Assembly: GCF_009914755.1 (NCBI RefSeq)
Contig: NC_060943.1
DNA: 64,000 bases
From: the human T2T-CHM13v2.0 reference genome, Homo sapiens
Strand: one strand, 5' to 3'
Shown: piece by piece, positions 60,495 through 64,000 of the stretch
Position numbering within the stretch: the stretch's first letter is position 1
Layout of the letters: every line of letters starts with the position of its first letter
Position numbers and translations under genes: made by a program
The notes under the pieces: model-generated
What the model was told of the DNA's origin: nothing
The model's input: the letters and a program-made list of their open reading frames with translations, nothing else
Databases searched by the model: none

Positions 60495-61142
60495 CTATTA
60501 TGATGACAGCAATAGCCATGACTAACATTTTTGAATGCTTCCCATGTGCTATACACTGTTCTAAGTGCTTCCCATGTCTTAAGCCATAAAATAACATACT
60601 GTCCCATGAAGAAAGGTCTGTACTTGGAGACAAGTGCATCACACATACTAGGAAAATTACCACAAATCAAATAGCTAAAAATGTCAACACAAGCACTGAA
60701 TCCAGATGTCTGGGATTCACATTTGAATATAAACGCTGAAGTAACAGATACAGCTTTAAACTAAACTGACATGGGTTTATCTAGTGGAGAGAATGTGACA
60801 AAGGTCCAAGGGTAAGAACACGGAGCATCCTACAAGGTCGCTGAATGGACACACACAGGCATACATATAATCCTTCCCAATACTTCTTACTTTTTTTTTT
60901 TTTGAGATGGAGTCTCACTCTATTGCACAGGCTAGAGTGCAGTGGCAGAATCTCAGCTCACTGCAACCTCGGCCACCCAGGTTCAAGCAATTCTCTTGCC
61001 TCAGCCTCCCCAGGAGCTGGGATTTGAGGCACCTGCCACTGCGTCCATCTAATTTTTGTATATTTAGCAGAGACAGGGTTTCACCATCGTAGCCAGGCTG
61101 GTCTCGAACTCCTGACATCGTGATCTACCTGCCTCAGCCTTC

Positions 61143-61254
61143 CAAATGAAAAATAGTTAAAATCATTACAATTATTATAAAAAATAAAACTTATTGCAAA
61201 TGAAAAATACTTAAAATCATTACAATTATTATAAAAAATAACTTATTGCAAATG
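61143..61254. repeat. AT-rich ~53-bp tandem duplication at the end of a truncated Alu
   Basis: caaatgaaaaata(g/c)ttaaaatcattacaattattataaaaaata...cttattg occurs twice, followed by caaatg. Confidence 0.9.
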
Positions 61255-63299
61255 TTGTGTTTTCTACATAAACCATGGGCTTATCCACCCATGTATTCAT
61301 GCACACACATCACATCATGGCGTTACCCACGTGGTGGCCCACCTCTAATCCAAGCTACTGGAGAGGCTGAGGCAACAGAATCACTGTAATCTGGGAGTCA
61401 GAGGCTACAGTGAAACAAAATCACCCCACTGCACTCCTGCCTGGACAACAGAGACTCAACTCAAAACAAATTAAAAAATAAAGTAAAATCAATGATGTAA
61501 GAAAGCATCCTGTACCACTGATGCCTATCTCCACTTTCCACTCCATCCCAAGTCATTAAAAGTGCAGAGTTTGGCTAAGCGTGGTGGCTCAGGCCTGTAA
61601 TCCCAGCACTATGGGAGGCTGAGGTGGATGAATCACAAGGTCAGGAGTTCGACCAGCCTGACCAATACGGTGAAACCCCATCTCTACTAAAAATACAAAA
61701 AATTAAACAGGCGAGGCAGCAAATGCCTGTAATCCCAGATACTCGGGAGGCTGAGGCAAAAGAATTGCTTGAAGCCAGAAGGCAGAGGGGCAGGGAGCTG
61801 AGATCCCACCACTGCAATCCAACCTGGGCAACGGAGCGAGACTCCATCTCTAAAAAGTAAAGAGTCCAGCCGGGCTGGCTGTCTCCCATCTGGAATGCCA
61901 GCAATTTGGGAGGCCAAGGTGGGAGGATCACTGGAGGCCAGGATATCAAGGCTATAGTGAGCTATGATTGCACCACTGCACTCCAGCCTGGACAACAAAA
62001 TAAAAATACGATATAAAAAATAAGGCCGGACACAGTGGTGCACACCTTTAATCCCAGCACTTTGGGAGTCCAAGACAGGCAGATCATGAGGTCAGGAGTT
62101 CGAGACCAGCCTAACCAACATGGTGAAACCCCGTCTCAAATAAAAATACAAAAATTAGCTGGGTGTGGTGGTGCATCCTGAAGTCCCAGCAACTCAGGAG
62201 GCTGAGGCAGAAGAATTGCTTGAAACTGGGAGATGGAGGTTGCAGTGAGCCGAGATCATTCCATTGCACTCCACCTTTGGGGACTGAGCGAGACTCCATC
62301 TTAAAATAAGTAAATAAATAGATAGAGAGATACATATATACATACATACGGTGACCCATGCCTATCACTCAGGCTCTTTGGGAGGCTAAAGCAGGGATTA
62401 GTTGAGCTCAGGAGTTTGAGGCTGCTGTAAACTCTGAATTGTACCATTGTACTCCAGAACTAAGCCACAGAGCGACACCTTCTCTCTCTCTCTCTCTTTT
62501 CTTTTGAGACAGAGTCTCACTCTGTCTCCCAGGCTGGAGTGCAGTGGCATAATTTCGGCATACAGTAACCTCCACGTCCTGGGTTTAAGTGATTATCCTG
62601 CCTCAGCCTCCTGAGTAGATGAGATTACAGGCATGCACCACCACCCCAAGCTAATTTTTGTACTTTTAGTAGAGGTGGGGTTTCACCATGTTGGCCAGGC
62701 TGGTCTCGAACTCTTGACCTCAAGTGGTCTTCCTGCCTTGGCCTCACAAATTGCTGGTATTACAGGTGTGAGCACCTGAACCAACATCCTGTCTCTTAAA
62801 AAAAAAAAAAGTTTGGAATCACAGACATCTTGATCTACTAGTGTGGCTTCAAATGCATTACCAAATCAGATACAAAATACCTCCCCTTATTTGTCTCCTT
62901 TTCCAGAATTTACTAGATATCTGTGTACACTAACATATGTATTTCATATGTAGTTTCTCTGATCTGGTCCACAAAGAGCTGACATCCAGATGTGGCCCCT
63001 GAACAATCCAGCCTGCCCAGCAGCACTGACATCAATGGGCCCACACCCCATGTTTATCCATGTCTAGGTGTGAGCCCTTCCCAGGACCATGCCCAGTGGA
63101 GCTTCTTCCCAAGTTCACATCACTGGGTCACAGGAGATGGAATCTCGGAGCAGCTGAGAGGAACTAAGGGCAGGCATGGCTGAGTGTGAGTGAACGTGTC
63201 AGGCAAAATTCTTCAAACTCAGAAAAGACTGGCTGCTACAATACCTGGCATTTCAGAAAGGAAAGAGACAGATTAATCCACAGAGGAATATCACTTCAC

Positions 63300-63362
63300 C
63301 TGAGGAAGAGCCATGCCTGGCTCCTTTCCTTTCCTCTTCTGAGCTGCTTCTTCACATAACAT
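63300..63362 (-). CDS. ZNF600: First coding exon MLCEEAAQKRKGKEPGMALPQ (whole exon 63300-63381)
   Basis: atacag| and |gtgaag splice sites, 63 coding nt, phase 0; the promoter lies right of the window. Confidence 0.88.
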
Positions 63363-64000
63363 GAGTCTTTAGGAATCAATCCTGTATGTGAAAAAAAATG
63401 AGACTTCTTGTTAGAAATGACTCACTCCCATCCTGTGACAAAACCACATGAACAGGGGAGACCTCACCCAGCAGAAAGAAGTCCCCCACCGCCCACTGCA
63501 CCAGAGATCATGCAGAGATAAGAAAGTCCCACAGGACGACCTATAAGTGTGTTTGACCCCGGTCTTCAGATCTCACTCCCCTCCTGGAGAAGCCCCCACA
63601 CACTAGGCAGCAGTGGGGAGCTGGGCTGGACTGATCTCCCCTTCAGGGCACAAACCCATCCTTCATCAATCCCCATCCAGAGGACAGCCCCTCACCTCTC
63701 TGTGGATCACAGGCTGAGCTCAGCCCTCAGAAATGCAGGACAAAGATGCTCAATGCTGCACACAGATGACAAGCACCTGCGCCACTGCAGGTATTACTGA
63801 GGGTGGGTTCCATCCCATCAGAATAAGAATCCCTGCTAAAGCAGCACAAAAGCTCTATTTGAAAAATGCCTCTAGACTCTAATGTGAAGCCAGGGTTGAG
63901 CTCCACTCAGAGGGGGCGAGCCCAGCACAGCCCCACGTTCTGGCTCTGCCCTCCCCTTGGGGCCTTGTTCTCACCAGCATCCAGAGAGTGGATGACAAAG

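Overview
Primate (very probably human chr19q13.41) KRAB zinc-finger cluster DNA; both genes lie on the minus strand. The right part holds three coding exons of ZNF600 (ATG exon 63300-63362, 127-nt KRAB-A exon 59038-59164, zinc-finger exon 50049-52234), which splice in frame to 791 aa with 20 C2H2 units. The left part holds the first coding exon (273-335) and a tandemly duplicated CpG-island promoter of the close paralogue, probably ZNF611. Between them lie remnants of local gene duplications (two orphan ATG exons, a zinc-finger-exon stub, a GC-box promoter remnant). Retroelement load is very dense: dozens of Alus, an old SVA, three LTR5A-like solo LTRs (two nested), LTR2-family, LTR7C-like, LTR13 and MER4A1 LTRs, and a triple-nested provirus stack (HERV-H containing HML-3 containing HML-2) cut by one deletion. 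The most unusual direct observations are a 27-bp doubly palindromic minisatellite (16796-17120), heavy G-to-A hypermutation of the HML-2 provirus, and sense-oriented LTRs directly upstream of both orphan start exons. No wholly new biological system is demonstrated; the best candidate is a testable transposon-wired control circuit for the ZNF611-like gene. Repeat subfamily names and gene symbols come from recalled sequences, not a database search.
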